In this document: positions 29,090 through 39,314 of the stretch, piece after piece | Position numbering within the stretch: the stretch's first letter is position 1 | Layout of the letters: each line of letters begins with the position of its first letter | From: Lophium mytilinum | Lineage: Eukaryota | Direction of reading: 5' to 3' | DNA length: 64,000 bases | Assembly: GCA_010093605.1 (NCBI GenBank) | Contig: MU004203.1 | Span: 326,391 to 390,390 of the forward strand | Position numbers and translations under genes: made by a program | The notes under the pieces: model-generated | Database searches by the model: none | What the model saw: the letters and a program-made list of their open reading frames with translations, nothing else | Told to the model about the DNA's origin: nothing

Positions 29090-30279
29090 GCTAGCAGGTC
29101 GTTTTGTTGTCGAATCTCGTCGTCCAAGATATCGCGGCGCTATGGACCCTCCATTACTTGCGATCACAGCATCGAAGATCGGCATTGTTACGACAACATC
29201 GCCATGCTTCAATGGGCACAAGGCCATCTTGTCTCTACAGCCATGGAGTCTTTTACATACACTTCTCTTCTTCCCAAGACACACTTTTCTGTTGTTATAT
29301 AGGTGGTTCCTACTACGACCCCCTGCTAATGTTTTTTTCTTTCTTTTCTTTCCCCTTCTCTTTTCCAGCATTCTACCCGGCGTCACCTCGTGCACACGGA
29401 GTCAGCACGTTTCATGCATCTGGGCGGTGTTTCCGGATCGGATCAGCGTTATGGCGCGGACTATGGGTAACAATCTACTCTCTTTCTCTGTGGTCTGTGC
29501 AGACTTCATGCACAGCAGACGGATGAATGGATGGACGGGTTCTTTTTGGAGTTTGATTCATCCTCCCCGCGAGTGTGGGCGGGATGGGTAGATACAGGGT
29601 AGCAGCGAAATCGATCCATCTAAACGTTTAAACCTCACTCTGATGACATTGCGATAATATGGGGAAGTGTAAGACAACGGTGAATGTAATATATCTAACA
29701 CGTGATCTTTTGTTCACAGCAAAAGGATCGACCAAAGCCTGATGCGGATTATCACGCAACGAGTTAGCCAGGTAGACAAACGTATGGTACAATGTAGGTA
29801 GCTTTATGGCCCCTCATCCAAAGCAATGGTACGCTAACTAGACTTAGGCTACCGGGTGCCTCACAGGCGCCCTCTTACCAGTCGAGCATTCCACCGGACG
29901 CTCCAGAAGTTCTAGAGCCGCCGTATTCTACTTTGAGCACTAGGTCCACTCCGCATGAGTTTAATAAGACCACTAAAGATCCCCTGGCCATATCTGTGGA
30001 TTTGGGCGTTGTACCACCAGCTGAAGCGTGCATACGCCACAGTTCCAGCCCTTCGCGATAAAGCTGCGATTGGCTTCAGCTGCAGCAACAACACCAAAGA
30101 CTAGCCTCCATGAGCACCGGTATAGCGAAAGCTCAGCCCAGTACCACACTTCACGCGGGCAACCTGTTAACCTTCCCAAGTATGAAAGCCGCAATGTTTC
30201 TTTTCTCACAACGACGTTCTTCCCTTGCAACCCTGTTCTACCACCACCACCCTAGAAGCCAACCCTAAAACACAGCAAA

Positions 30280-31584
30280 ATGAAAGCTCTACAAGAAGAA
30301 TTAATCTCCTTCATGTTCCTACGAGATGAGCACGGCCAGCTCGACGTCATGGCCTGCCTCGCCCTCTGGTTCGGCAAATCCAACACAACCGACATCGCCA
30401 TCAACACCCGCTTCGGTCACCACGTCGCAGCCGCCCTCGCGAGCTCCTACACCTCCTGGACCTCCACCGCACGCGGCTGTCTCGCCCTCATGATCCTCAT
30501 CGACCAATTCCCCCGAAACATCCACCGCCACACCATCTCCTCCTTCGCCGGCGACCTCATAGCCCGCTCCATCGCAACCCTCCCCTTCGACTGGCTCCGC
30601 GAACTCACACCCGAAGAATGCATCTTCGTCCCCTGCCTCATCATGACCCACCAAGAACACCTCGCCTCGCAGCGCGCCGGCGTCGCCTTCTACAACACCC
30701 TAGAACCGCACCTCCCACCCACCCTGCACATCTTCCGCACGATCTTCGAAGAGCATCTACGGATCATAGAGCTCTGCGGCACGTTCCCCCACCGCGACCA
30801 CTACTACAACCGCCCCACGACCCCGCTCGGGAAACAGCTGATGCAGAACCCGAAAATCCGCTTCGACCTGCCCCTGATCGCGGAAAACGGCTGCATGAAA
30901 TTCGGCCACGACCCGCGGAAGCCGTGGCTAGCGACCCAACGCGCTTTCGACGCGCTCGAGCGCATCGAAGCGCTCGCGAACGAGACGGGGCGGCGGGGCA
31001 GCGCGGCGCCCGCGAGCTGGCTGGATGAAGCGGAGGTGGCGGAGTGTCGGGAGACGTTTCGCGCGTTCGATAAGGACGGGAACGGGTTTTTCGATCGCAG
31101 CGAGCTGGGGACTGTGTTGGCGAGTGCGGGGCGGGTTTGTGAGGCGGAGCAGCTGCAGATGGCGATGGATCGGATTAGTGGGGTGGTGGGGACGGCGAGG
31201 GTTACGTTTGAGGAGTTCTCGGCGCTGTTTCGCGCGAAGTTGGATGTGAGTCTTGAGGCGAGGGCGCAGAGGAGGTTTAGTTTGTTTGATAAGCATAAGA
31301 GTGGGGAGATTGATCTTGCGGAGTTGAGGGCGTGTATTCAGAGTGTGGATGATTTGGTCACCGGGGCGGAGGTGGAGGAGATGTTGAGGGCGTGTGATGT
31401 GGATGGGAATGGGCAGGTTTCGCTGGAGGAGTTTGTGGCGATGATGCCGTTGATGGGGGAGGTGCCGAAGGGGAAGGTCGTGGAAGTGGTGGGGGGGGAG
31501 AGTGCGGGGGTGGTGGTTGATGTGGTGGTGGTTCAAGAGCTTGACAGTTATAGGTGGAAGGATGGAGCATACTTGAGCGTTTGA
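30280..31584 (+). CDS. DUF924 domain fused to a calmodulin-like four-EF-hand module (intronless)
   Basis: The N-half has DUF924 motifs (WFGK, LALMILIDQFPRNIHR, MTHQE, H..II...G.FPHR). The C-half has EF loops DKDGNGFFDRSE, a degenerate second loop (..VTFEEF), DKHKSGEIDLAE and DVDGNGQVSLEE. Confidence 0.88.
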   Translation: MKALQEELISFMFLRDEHGQLDVMACLALWFGKSNTTDIAINTRFGHHVAAALASSYTSWTSTARGCLALMILIDQFPRNIHRHTISSFAGDLIARSIATLPFDWLRELTPEECIFVPCLIMTHQEHLASQRAGVAFYNTLEPHLPPTLHIFRTIFEEHLRIIELCGTFPHRDHYYNRPTTPLGKQLMQNPKIRFDLPLIAENGCMKFGHDPRKPWLATQRAFDALERIEALANETGRRGSAAPASWLDEAEVAECRETFRAFDKDGNGFFDRSELGTVLASAGRVCEAEQLQMAMDRISGVVGTARVTFEEFSALFRAKLDVSLEARAQRRFSLFDKHKSGEIDLAELRACIQSVDDLVTGAEVEEMLRACDVDGNGQVSLEEFVAMMPLMGEVPKGKVVEVVGGESAGVVVDVVVVQELDSYRWKDGAYLSV

Positions 31585-32317
31585 AAAGGGTCATGTACAT
31601 ACTTTGGTCACTTTGGCGTTCGGTTGCACCAGTTGTTATGTGGCCGCCATGGACGTTGTGTGCACAAGATAAGATGCAGACGAAAGTGGTAAAACTTATG
31701 AAAAGACACGAGTATAGATTTTCTGTGCAGACATGACTTGTGGAAAATTTTGGTACAGTAAAGCCTCGGTATAGTGTTTTCGGGTTACAGTGATATACTC
31801 TGTAGAGTGATATATCTCGGCTCTGACCGTACAAATTTGTATAAGGAATAGTAATATCCTGCTTACTATGGTATCATAAGCTCCCGCGCCCAAGATCATA
31901 CTAACTATGGAGGATTTTGTATGGGCGGGTAGTCCGTGGCACCTCTAAAACCCCCTTAATCTCGCTGTTTTGGGAGCTATTGGCTTACAATTCACTTACA
32001 CGTGGCTAAAAACACAGTGATACACCCTCGGCGAACGACTCCCATCACTATACCGAGGGTTTACTGTATTCGGGGACCATCAAACTTTGATGAAACGGTG
32101 TTAGGCGTCACTGTCTATCAGCACCGTGTTGACAGTGCACATCAATGGTCGAAGCTTAGAATTAGTTCTAGTGATAATTCATAGGCCGTTTCGTAGACAT
32201 AAGAGAGTGGGTGATGGTCTTTTGACCGAGATGGCCCCTGAACCAGACATCATTCCATCAAAGCAACAAGAAACCAGCATCATATCAAACTCTCAGCACC
32301 CCGATTGACCGAGCTGG

Positions 32318-33328
32318 CTACCATTGCTGATGGTCCCAGTTGGCCCCTAGCAAGCCACGCTCTCCGAACCGAGTCCCTCCAATCTGACGCTGTCCGGTTT
32401 CGTGGACCGAGTTCCTACGGCTGGAAGCCACTGAGGCACGTCGCTCCTGAAGCAACCGCTGGCTACGTCCCGGACCGTCTGGACGCCTGTCTCCCGATGG
32501 CTCCGAGGCATCATCCTCGTCATCAGGCTCATCATACCCCTCGAAGACATAGCCAGAATCGCCATTTCCACCCCGCTGCTGCCGAGATAGCTGCTGTTGA
32601 GGTCCCTGTTGCTGGGATCGCTGCTGTTGAGGTCCTTGTGACTGGGATCGCTGTTGCTGGGACCGCTGCTGCTCCCGCTCTCGCACCATAGCACCAACGT
32701 CTGGACCCCAGAGGTCGCGGCCCTCAAGATGTCCAGAGTGGTGGCCACGCTCGTACCCGTCATCGTAACCCTCGGCTCGGCCCTCAGATCGGCCCTCGGA
32801 TCGGCCTCTCACATATCCCATCTGTTCTCCGCGTCGCAAGTAGCCTTGCGCGTACTGGACGCCCTGACGGCGACCTTGCTGGAATCCCTGCTGCTGGCCG
32901 TATTGCATGCCTTCCTGTCGGCCGTAGTGTGCGCCCTGTTGTCGGCCATACTGTAGGCCTTGCTGCAAGCCTACTTGCCTGCCATACTGGGCACCTTGGT
33001 GGCGGCCGTATTGTACGCCTTGACGCCGACCATATTGCAGGCCCTGCTGGCGGCCATACATCAAGCCTTGTTGTCGTCCATACTGGACCCCCTGGTTGCG
33101 CCCATACTGTAGGCCTTGTTGACGGCCAGCACGAAGAGCACGAGCGACTTCCTCACGATGGCTGGCGTCGTCTCGGTCTGAATCGTCCGAATCCCCGTCC
33201 CCCATCCAATAAGTAATCTCTCCCTCGTCTGAATCCCCATCCTGATCTCTGCTCCTATATCGCATGGATCGAGCACTGCTAGGCCGTCCATTCCGGACCA
33301 TGTGGTCGAAAATTAGAGCGGCCTCCAT
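32318..33328 (-). CDS. Uncharacterised Gly-X3-repeat, Q/R/Y-rich protein, paralog A
   Basis: Intronless ORF. The ATG at 33328 (ACAATGG) aligns with the start of paralog B, and a TATA lies at about 33513-33519. It has 23 + 10 consecutive GXXX units and ends GANWDHQQW*. Confidence 0.85.
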   Translation of the reverse strand: MEAALIFDHMVRNGRPSSARSMRYRSRDQDGDSDEGEITYWMGDGDSDDSDRDDASHREEVARALRAGRQQGLQYGRNQGVQYGRQQGLMYGRQQGLQYGRRQGVQYGRHQGAQYGRQVGLQQGLQYGRQQGAHYGRQEGMQYGQQQGFQQGRRQGVQYAQGYLRRGEQMGYVRGRSEGRSEGRAEGYDDGYERGHHSGHLEGRDLWGPDVGAMVREREQQRSQQQRSQSQGPQQQRSQQQGPQQQLSRQQRGGNGDSGYVFEGYDEPDDEDDASEPSGDRRPDGPGRSQRLLQERRASVASSRRNSVHETGQRQIGGTRFGERGLLGANWDHQQW

Positions 33329-33540
33329 TGTGTATACTGGGTGAAGTAAACGGAGTATCAAAGAGGTGGTTGTGAAGCTTTAGAAGCTGAAGAGAAGAGT
33401 ATGCGCTTGAGAAGATGCGGCTGTGGTGTGGAAGTGTCGAAGAGGTTGTTGTGGTGTGGTTGTATGGGAAACGTTGTTGTGGTTTGCAAAAAGCAGCGTG
33501 AGCAGCAGGTCCTTTTATATGCGTCCTGGATACATCAAAG

Positions 33541-33860
33541 ATTCACTGGTCTTAGTGCCGGTTCCCTCGAAACTGGCGCCCCTGGAGGTTTCCTCGAGAG
33601 TTGCCGGTGAGTAACGAAATTCACTGGTCTCAGTGCCGGTTCCCTCGAAACTGGCGCCCCTGGAGGTTTCCTTGAGAGTTGCCGGTAAGTAACGAAATTC
33701 ACTGGTTTCAGTGCCGGCTCCCTCGAAGCTGGCGCGCCTGGAGGCTTCCCCGAAAGTGGCCCGTAAGTAATTATATTCACTGGTTTCAGTGCCGGCTCCC
33801 TCGAAGCTGGCGCGCCTGGAGGCTTCCCCGAAAGTGGCCCGTAAGTAATGACATTCACTG
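33541..33860. repeat. 78-bp tandem repeat, 4 copies plus a partial copy
   Basis: Units start ATTCACTG at 33541, 33619, 33697, 33775 and 33853. Copies 1/2 and copies 3/4 form near-identical pairs. Confidence 0.95.
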
Positions 33861-34478
33861 ATTTGGTGGACACTAGAAACTTAGCTTCAGTGGTGCTCTG
33901 CATCATCAAGTCAAGCCAGACTACCCCAGCGAGACAAATAATTAGCGTCCAGTGTAATGTTCAGCAAGAATAAAAGGGTATGGCATGTATGCCGGATCCT
34001 GAACTATTTGATTATGGCTCCTTGGTCGGATACGCACGAAGGCAATGTCATATGACAAATATAAGAAAATTGGGCCAGTCGGGTAATATGAATGATAGTA
34101 GCTGACTAAGAACGACGAGAAGAAGAGGATTTATACTTGAAGAGTAGACATCACGGCCCCAATAGCGTTCTGTTCTGGTGAAGTCGCCCTGAAAAGTCTA
34201 GAATGGGGTGTTGGAGAATTACTCATTCAGAGGACCGAAATAGAAGGAACTAATCTAAAAGGTTTGAAACCCTCAGGCAGACCAATACTAAGCTAGCTGA
34301 GCTAGATAGCCACTTGATTAGGGTACAGCCCTATGCCGGAGCTATGTTATTAATAGCCCATGGCAGGCCAAAGAAAGCAACCAGAATCTGATTTCGGAAA
34401 TTCGTAGCGAGCCATGAACTCAAGACTACCTAAGAAGACAAAAGTCCATTCCCATCATCGCCGCGACTCCTCGAGGTC

Positions 34479-35567
34479 CTACCACTGCTGATGGTCCCAA
34501 TTGGGCCCTAGCATCCCGCGCTGTCCCAGTCGAGGTCCACCAAGTTGGCGTTGCCCACCTCCGAACCCCTGGCTAGCGTGTCCACCTCCGTAGCCCTGTT
34601 GTGATCGAGGCCGCTCAGCCACGGACATAGATTGACGACGGGCGACCGGCCGATCAGAGCCAGCGCTCATCGATGCCCGACGGTTTCGCAGGAGACGCTG
34701 ATCGCGTCCAGGTCCATCTAAACGCATCTGTCCCATGGCAGCTGAGAGCGGCTCGTCATCGTCTGGCTCCTCGTATCCCTGGAAAACGTACCCGTGGTCA
34801 ACATATCCGCCTCCGTGAACAGACTGGCGACGCTGGTGGACTGGTCGGACTTGTCGAGACGGCTGCTCTCGCTGCTGCGCCTGCTGCCGCTGAACAGCAT
34901 CAATATCTGGACCCCAATCCTCCCGACCCTGCTTATACCCGGCCCGCCGCGCTTCCTTGATCCTGTCATCTATAGTCGGAAGACCTGGCTGTCTCGGACC
35001 ATTTGGACCCCAAAGATCACGGCCCTCGCGGTGACCGGCGTGGTGTCCATCCCGGTAGCCTGCCGAACGGCCTTGAGCGAAGCCTCGATGCTGACCGTTC
35101 TGATACGCGTTCTGAGCGTGTCCAATTCCCTGTCGCCTGCCGTACTCAGCCCCTTGTTGCCGGCCATACTGGAGCCCTTGCTGTCGGCCCAACTGAACTC
35201 CTCGATTGTGGCCAAGCTGAACACCCTGGTTGCGTCCGAACTGAACGCCCTGATGCCGACCAATGTTCAGAGCCTGTGTCACTTCTCGACGGTGTCGCTC
35301 TTCGTCGTGTCCTCCGAAATAGTTGTTTTGGCGCAGATTTTGGTGATGGTGCCGATGTTGATGTTGATGGCGGTGGAAGCTCGGATGGAGATGATTGTCC
35401 CTAGGGGCGCTCCGCTGGTTGGTTGCTCCATCACTGTCTTTGAGCCAATATGTCACTTCCCCTTCCTGACCCATGCCGTCCTGGTCCCTGCTCCTGTACC
35501 GCATTGTCCGCTCACCCCGCGGTCGTCCGTTGCGGGCCATGTCCTGGTATATGAGAGCTGGTTCCAT
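34479..35567 (-). CDS. Uncharacterised Gly-X3-repeat protein, paralog B
   Basis: Intronless 362-aa ORF. It shares MEPALI..M.RNGRP, MRYRSRDQDG..EGEVTYW, GRDLWGP, GYVF.GY.EPDD, DGPGR.QRLL and LG.NWDHQQW* with paralog A. Confidence 0.87.
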   Translation of the reverse strand: MEPALIYQDMARNGRPRGERTMRYRSRDQDGMGQEGEVTYWLKDSDGATNQRSAPRDNHLHPSFHRHQHQHRHHHQNLRQNNYFGGHDEERHRREVTQALNIGRHQGVQFGRNQGVQLGHNRGVQLGRQQGLQYGRQQGAEYGRRQGIGHAQNAYQNGQHRGFAQGRSAGYRDGHHAGHREGRDLWGPNGPRQPGLPTIDDRIKEARRAGYKQGREDWGPDIDAVQRQQAQQREQPSRQVRPVHQRRQSVHGGGYVDHGYVFQGYEEPDDDEPLSAAMGQMRLDGPGRDQRLLRNRRASMSAGSDRPVARRQSMSVAERPRSQQGYGGGHASQGFGGGQRQLGGPRLGQRGMLGPNWDHQQW

Positions 35568-36639
35568 GGTGTATATACAAAGGATATGAACTAAGTATAT
35601 GCAAGAGCTGCGACTTGTAGTGGAATGAGTAGCTGTAGTGTGCTTGAGGCGGAGACAATGAGTATTTTGTAAGCGAAGAACGGGGTTGGGGGCTTCTCGG
35701 TCTGCTGAGCAGTTGTGGTGTGTTCTGTCTGATGAGGTTGTTGTGGTGTGTGAAAATCGGTGTGCATCAGAGGGACCATTTTATACTTGCTAGAAGGCCA
35801 GAAAAGAAATTGAATTGATCCCGCCGCCTCTGGCCCAGCGCTTCTGGAGCCTTCTAGTTGAGGTGCCCGTACGGAGCCGCATTGCAGGCTAGCGAACCCG
35901 GCATGCAAATGCTACGTCCAAATAGTACGAAGTCTATTCACCCGGCGGTGCCAGGCCGGACAGCGACATATCAAAAATGCTGCTCTTGAGGTTCCAGTAA
36001 GCATCATAACATAGACATGCGAGGGTATATAGCGAATCTTTTTGGCCGGCATATCTCCCATACACAAGTGACATTTCGGCAGGCCGCAGTCAGTTCATTG
36101 GTAGGCGTGTAGTCGTCGTATATAGCCTGCCGTCTCCACGGGGCCGAGTAAAGCTATGCATTGTAGCACACATGAGCTGAGGTGACCTCCGAGAATCATG
36201 CCTTAGCAGAGCACCCAAACTCAAGCCGTGTTTTCAATTCTGCGGATGTTCGTGAAGGCATTGCTGCAGCTGCGTTGTAGACATCCAATGGCCCATAGGT
36301 AGTCATAGGGCCAGCATCATATGGCAGTTTCTCTCAGAGTAAAGAAGGTACAGAACAGATCATGTGTGACCGATTAAAACTTGCTGAACGTCGATAGGGA
36401 TAGTAGGGTGCGCGCTTTCTTGTAGACCTTCGTAGAGATGATTGCTCATGGCGATACAAACAAAGTCCAAGAGTTTGCCGGTAGACAATCGCGAAAGAAG
36501 CAAGACTGAAGAGAACATTTTTTAGAACTTGCTAAATTTTTTCCAATGACGTGTCTTCGAGAAAGCCGTCCACCCGGTGTAAATCTTTGCCAATAAGATG
36601 TAATGGAGAGATTTGTCCGAGGATGAAATTAAAGTTTCA

Positions 36640-37300
36640 AACCCGAAAATGAAGACTCTCAGAGGGTCGTACTCTGTTGGGGAGATCAGCAAGTCGATGA
36701 TGTTTTCAAGCCCTTCTGGTTCTGCAATGTCGAACGGAGTCGCTGTATTTCATTGACAGACCTAAAATCCACACCATGCCGATTAACATCTTTAGCACTC
36801 CAACTTACCCTCTATTGGTAGCAAAATGAAGGGCTATGATTCCTCCAGAACCACGTCGAGTCAGATCAGTGCCGTTGTCGATGAGTAGCTGTAGGACGTC
36901 CGGATGGCCGGACGTCTCTGCCTCGTGTGCGAGGCTCAAATAAGTCTAGAGGCCGCGTTGACGTCGGCGGCAGAATCAACTCAAAACTTTGCAGCATTTA
37001 TGGATCCATAATGAGCAGCAAAATGTAGCGCCAAAGGGCCTTTCCTATTCCTCTGATTGACGTCAGCGACATGAGCGACATGAGCAATCAGGACTTTCTT
37101 GTCTTCTAACTTCTTGGACTCAATGGAATAGACGATCGGAGGAAGCCCGTCCTCGTCCTTTACACTGTCAATAATCCCCAGGTCAATAAGAGTGTAGTAT
37201 AATCCATCGATCTACAGGTCTTGGATCGTCGGCATTTGCGCAATCCGCTTAGCATCTATCGACTCTGGGGTCCTCTTCAGGACGTCACGACCTAGAAGGC
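36640..37300 (-). pseudogene. Degraded ankyrin-repeat gene
   Basis: Manual translation gives ..KDEDGLPPIVYSIE..VLIAH..ADVNQRNRKGPLALHFAAHYGSINAAKF*VDSAADVNA / LAHEAETSGHPDVLQLLIDNGTDLTRRGSGGIIALHFATNRG*VGVLKMLI / HGVDFRSVNE / ATPFDIAEPEGLENIIDLLI. That is about 5 ankyrin repeats with several stops and frameshifts. Boundaries are approximate. Confidence 0.8.
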
Positions 37301-37711
37301 ACGAGGTCCGCCTTTTGGCAGGTAAGCGTTCAATCCATCGTGATGAGATCAGACATGTGGGCGATGTGAGAGCTCGGTATGCAGGAAGAGAAAATGTATT
37401 GTATTGGTGTTCCTGGGAGGAAGCTAGCTAGGTCTGTGAGACGGAAAGACCTCCACGGAAGCTGCTGAGTAATCGGCTACACAACTGATGGGCTATTTTG
37501 ATTGAAAATACATTCAAGTTCTTTTCTCCAGTCATCCGTCACCGTCGCCGAATTCGCTATCTCGAGAGGCGGTTCTCCATCGAAACGCATATCTCTCTGT
37601 GACTAACTCGATGGATCCATCATTACGATCCCTAGCTCAACTGAGATGAAGCTGTCTGGGCTAGCCAGCTTTATATAGTGGCTTCGCTGTAACACTCCTG
37701 CTACCAACCAT

Positions 37712-38230
37712 CTACAGACACCTCTTCGCCTCCCTATACCGCCCAAACCACTGCGGCTTGGTATGTAACACAAACATGTGCCATAAAAACGCCGGCCCAA
37801 TCTGCTTTACTATACTCCACGCTATATCGGGCGCGAATCCGCTTGCCGCCCGCGGTCCGCAGATGACCCACAGTGCCGTGGCTAAGAAGCCGGCCTCTAC
37901 GCCCCCGAGCGTTAAATACGTGGTCGGGCGGCTCTCAATAGCGCCACGGCTGTTAAAAGCACCGTAAATTATAGGTAGGGTCAAGCCGACCATCATGGTG
38001 CCGTAGAAGCGGGTGGCCATCTCGGCGAGGGGCGTGATTTGGGAGGTATCGGAGGCGACCAAGGAGAGGAATTTAGCGGGATAGAGAAGGACGAGAGGGG
38101 CCATGGGAACGTTGAGGAGGGCCTCAACACCGAGGGCGACGCGTACGATGGTGCCCCGATTGGCAGGGTCGACTTCCACGGGGTCGGAAGTCAACGAGGG
38201 TTGGCGGTAGATCCCAAGGGAGGAAGCCAT
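37712..38230 (-). CDS. Small hydrophobic (about 3-4 TM) hypothetical membrane protein
   Basis: Intronless 172-aa ORF with several hydrophobic segments, an ATG preceded by CCACT and a C-terminal KPQWFGRYR. Confidence 0.7.
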   Translation of the reverse strand: MASSLGIYRQPSLTSDPVEVDPANRGTIVRVALGVEALLNVPMAPLVLLYPAKFLSLVASDTSQITPLAEMATRFYGTMMVGLTLPIIYGAFNSRGAIESRPTTYLTLGGVEAGFLATALWVICGPRAASGFAPDIAWSIVKQIGPAFLWHMFVLHTKPQWFGRYREAKRCL

Positions 38231-39314
38231 AGTGGTGGAGATACTGGAGATTCAAGGAAAGAGGCGTAGTAGATGGTGACTATTTGGTTGAGACTTGGAG
38301 TTGAGATAGATTTGGGTTGGATTTCGTCTAGATGTATTGGCCTCTTCAATTTAAAGAACAGTGGAAAAGAAAGAAAGCCGGAACAAGGGACATTCTCCTA
38401 CATGCAAGTTCCTCCGACGGGCTGTCTAACGCCCCGAGCAGCCCAGGAAGGTTTACATATAAGACCCAATACGGCCCGATTAGGAAATCGCTCCTAGGTG
38501 CATATCCTTTCATACCCACTCAAGCTCGCCAGTGTGAAGCATGTATAGAAAATAAGACTCTGATCGTGAATGAGTTGTTATACAAGAAGTCACTTGCGCG
38601 TCTGACTGCATGATCTTCAATTTAGAGATATGCAGCACATGTAGAATAGAGCTAAGGGGTATAATGAAACACAGCTAGAGGAAATTTGATTGGTCGATTA
38701 TTTGCTGTTCTAGACGTGAACAGGCCATTCTTCTGGGCCAGTGCGTGGAGTTTCACTTTCTGTGATGGTGAGCCTTCTACTAAAGCTAACCGCATATGGG
38801 TCTTGCTCAGATGGATCGGTCATCGTCGTGAACGTCAAACGTGGGCTCTTTCACTCCAAATGGTGTTTGCACTCGAGGCCCAAGGATGGGGCTTTGATCC
38901 TCCCACGACCGGGGTCGATTTGGGGGCCATTCATCGGCAAGATTTTGGCACATCGCGTATCAAGCATTCCTGTCGTACTATTCAATAGGCTAATATAACG
39001 GCTTGAGTTTCGTCAAGGTAGATGTATCCCATAACTCTTGAAGCTGCGGAAGGGCATACCATTTACAGCATGATCAATCATATCGCATTGCCACAGCTAT
39101 AGAATATAACTCTCGCAAGCTGGGACCAAAGAAGTTGGAATGAAACTTTTCATTGCTGATCGGATAAGGCAGGTAGCTGTGTAGTTTCGACCCCCAAAGT
39201 GCCCTCAATCGTCCCCTACCAAGAGGAACTTGGGATTTGGACTCATAGACAACATCAGTCCAGACAACGTGGATGGAGCCAGAAGAAATCGTAAAAGAAG
39301 AGTAGACTCCGGGA

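Noticed and set aside
33541..33860. 78-bp array as a CRISPR array or transposon terminal repeat
   Set aside because: The units are contiguous with no unique spacers, the context is eukaryotic, and there is no cas gene, transposase or terminal inverted repeat. It is a minisatellite.
33535..33909. 124-aa ORF of 26-aa repeats as a real gene
   Set aside because: The open frame follows from a stop-free unit whose length is a multiple of 3. It starts at a non-ATG codon in the track and occupies the promoter of paralog A, so it is not listed as a CDS without expression data.
32318..35567. GX3-repeat proteins as RiPP/KEP (dikaritin-type) precursors
   Set aside because: There is no signal peptide, no regular KR/RR Kex2 sites delimiting the repeats and no DUF3328/UstYa gene nearby.
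34794..35594. Long antisense ORFs (e.g. 34794..35594, 30928..31536, 28746..29591, 54042..54935, 11223..11834)
   Set aside because: These are shadow or overlapping frames of well-supported genes in GC-rich DNA and have no recognisable motifs.
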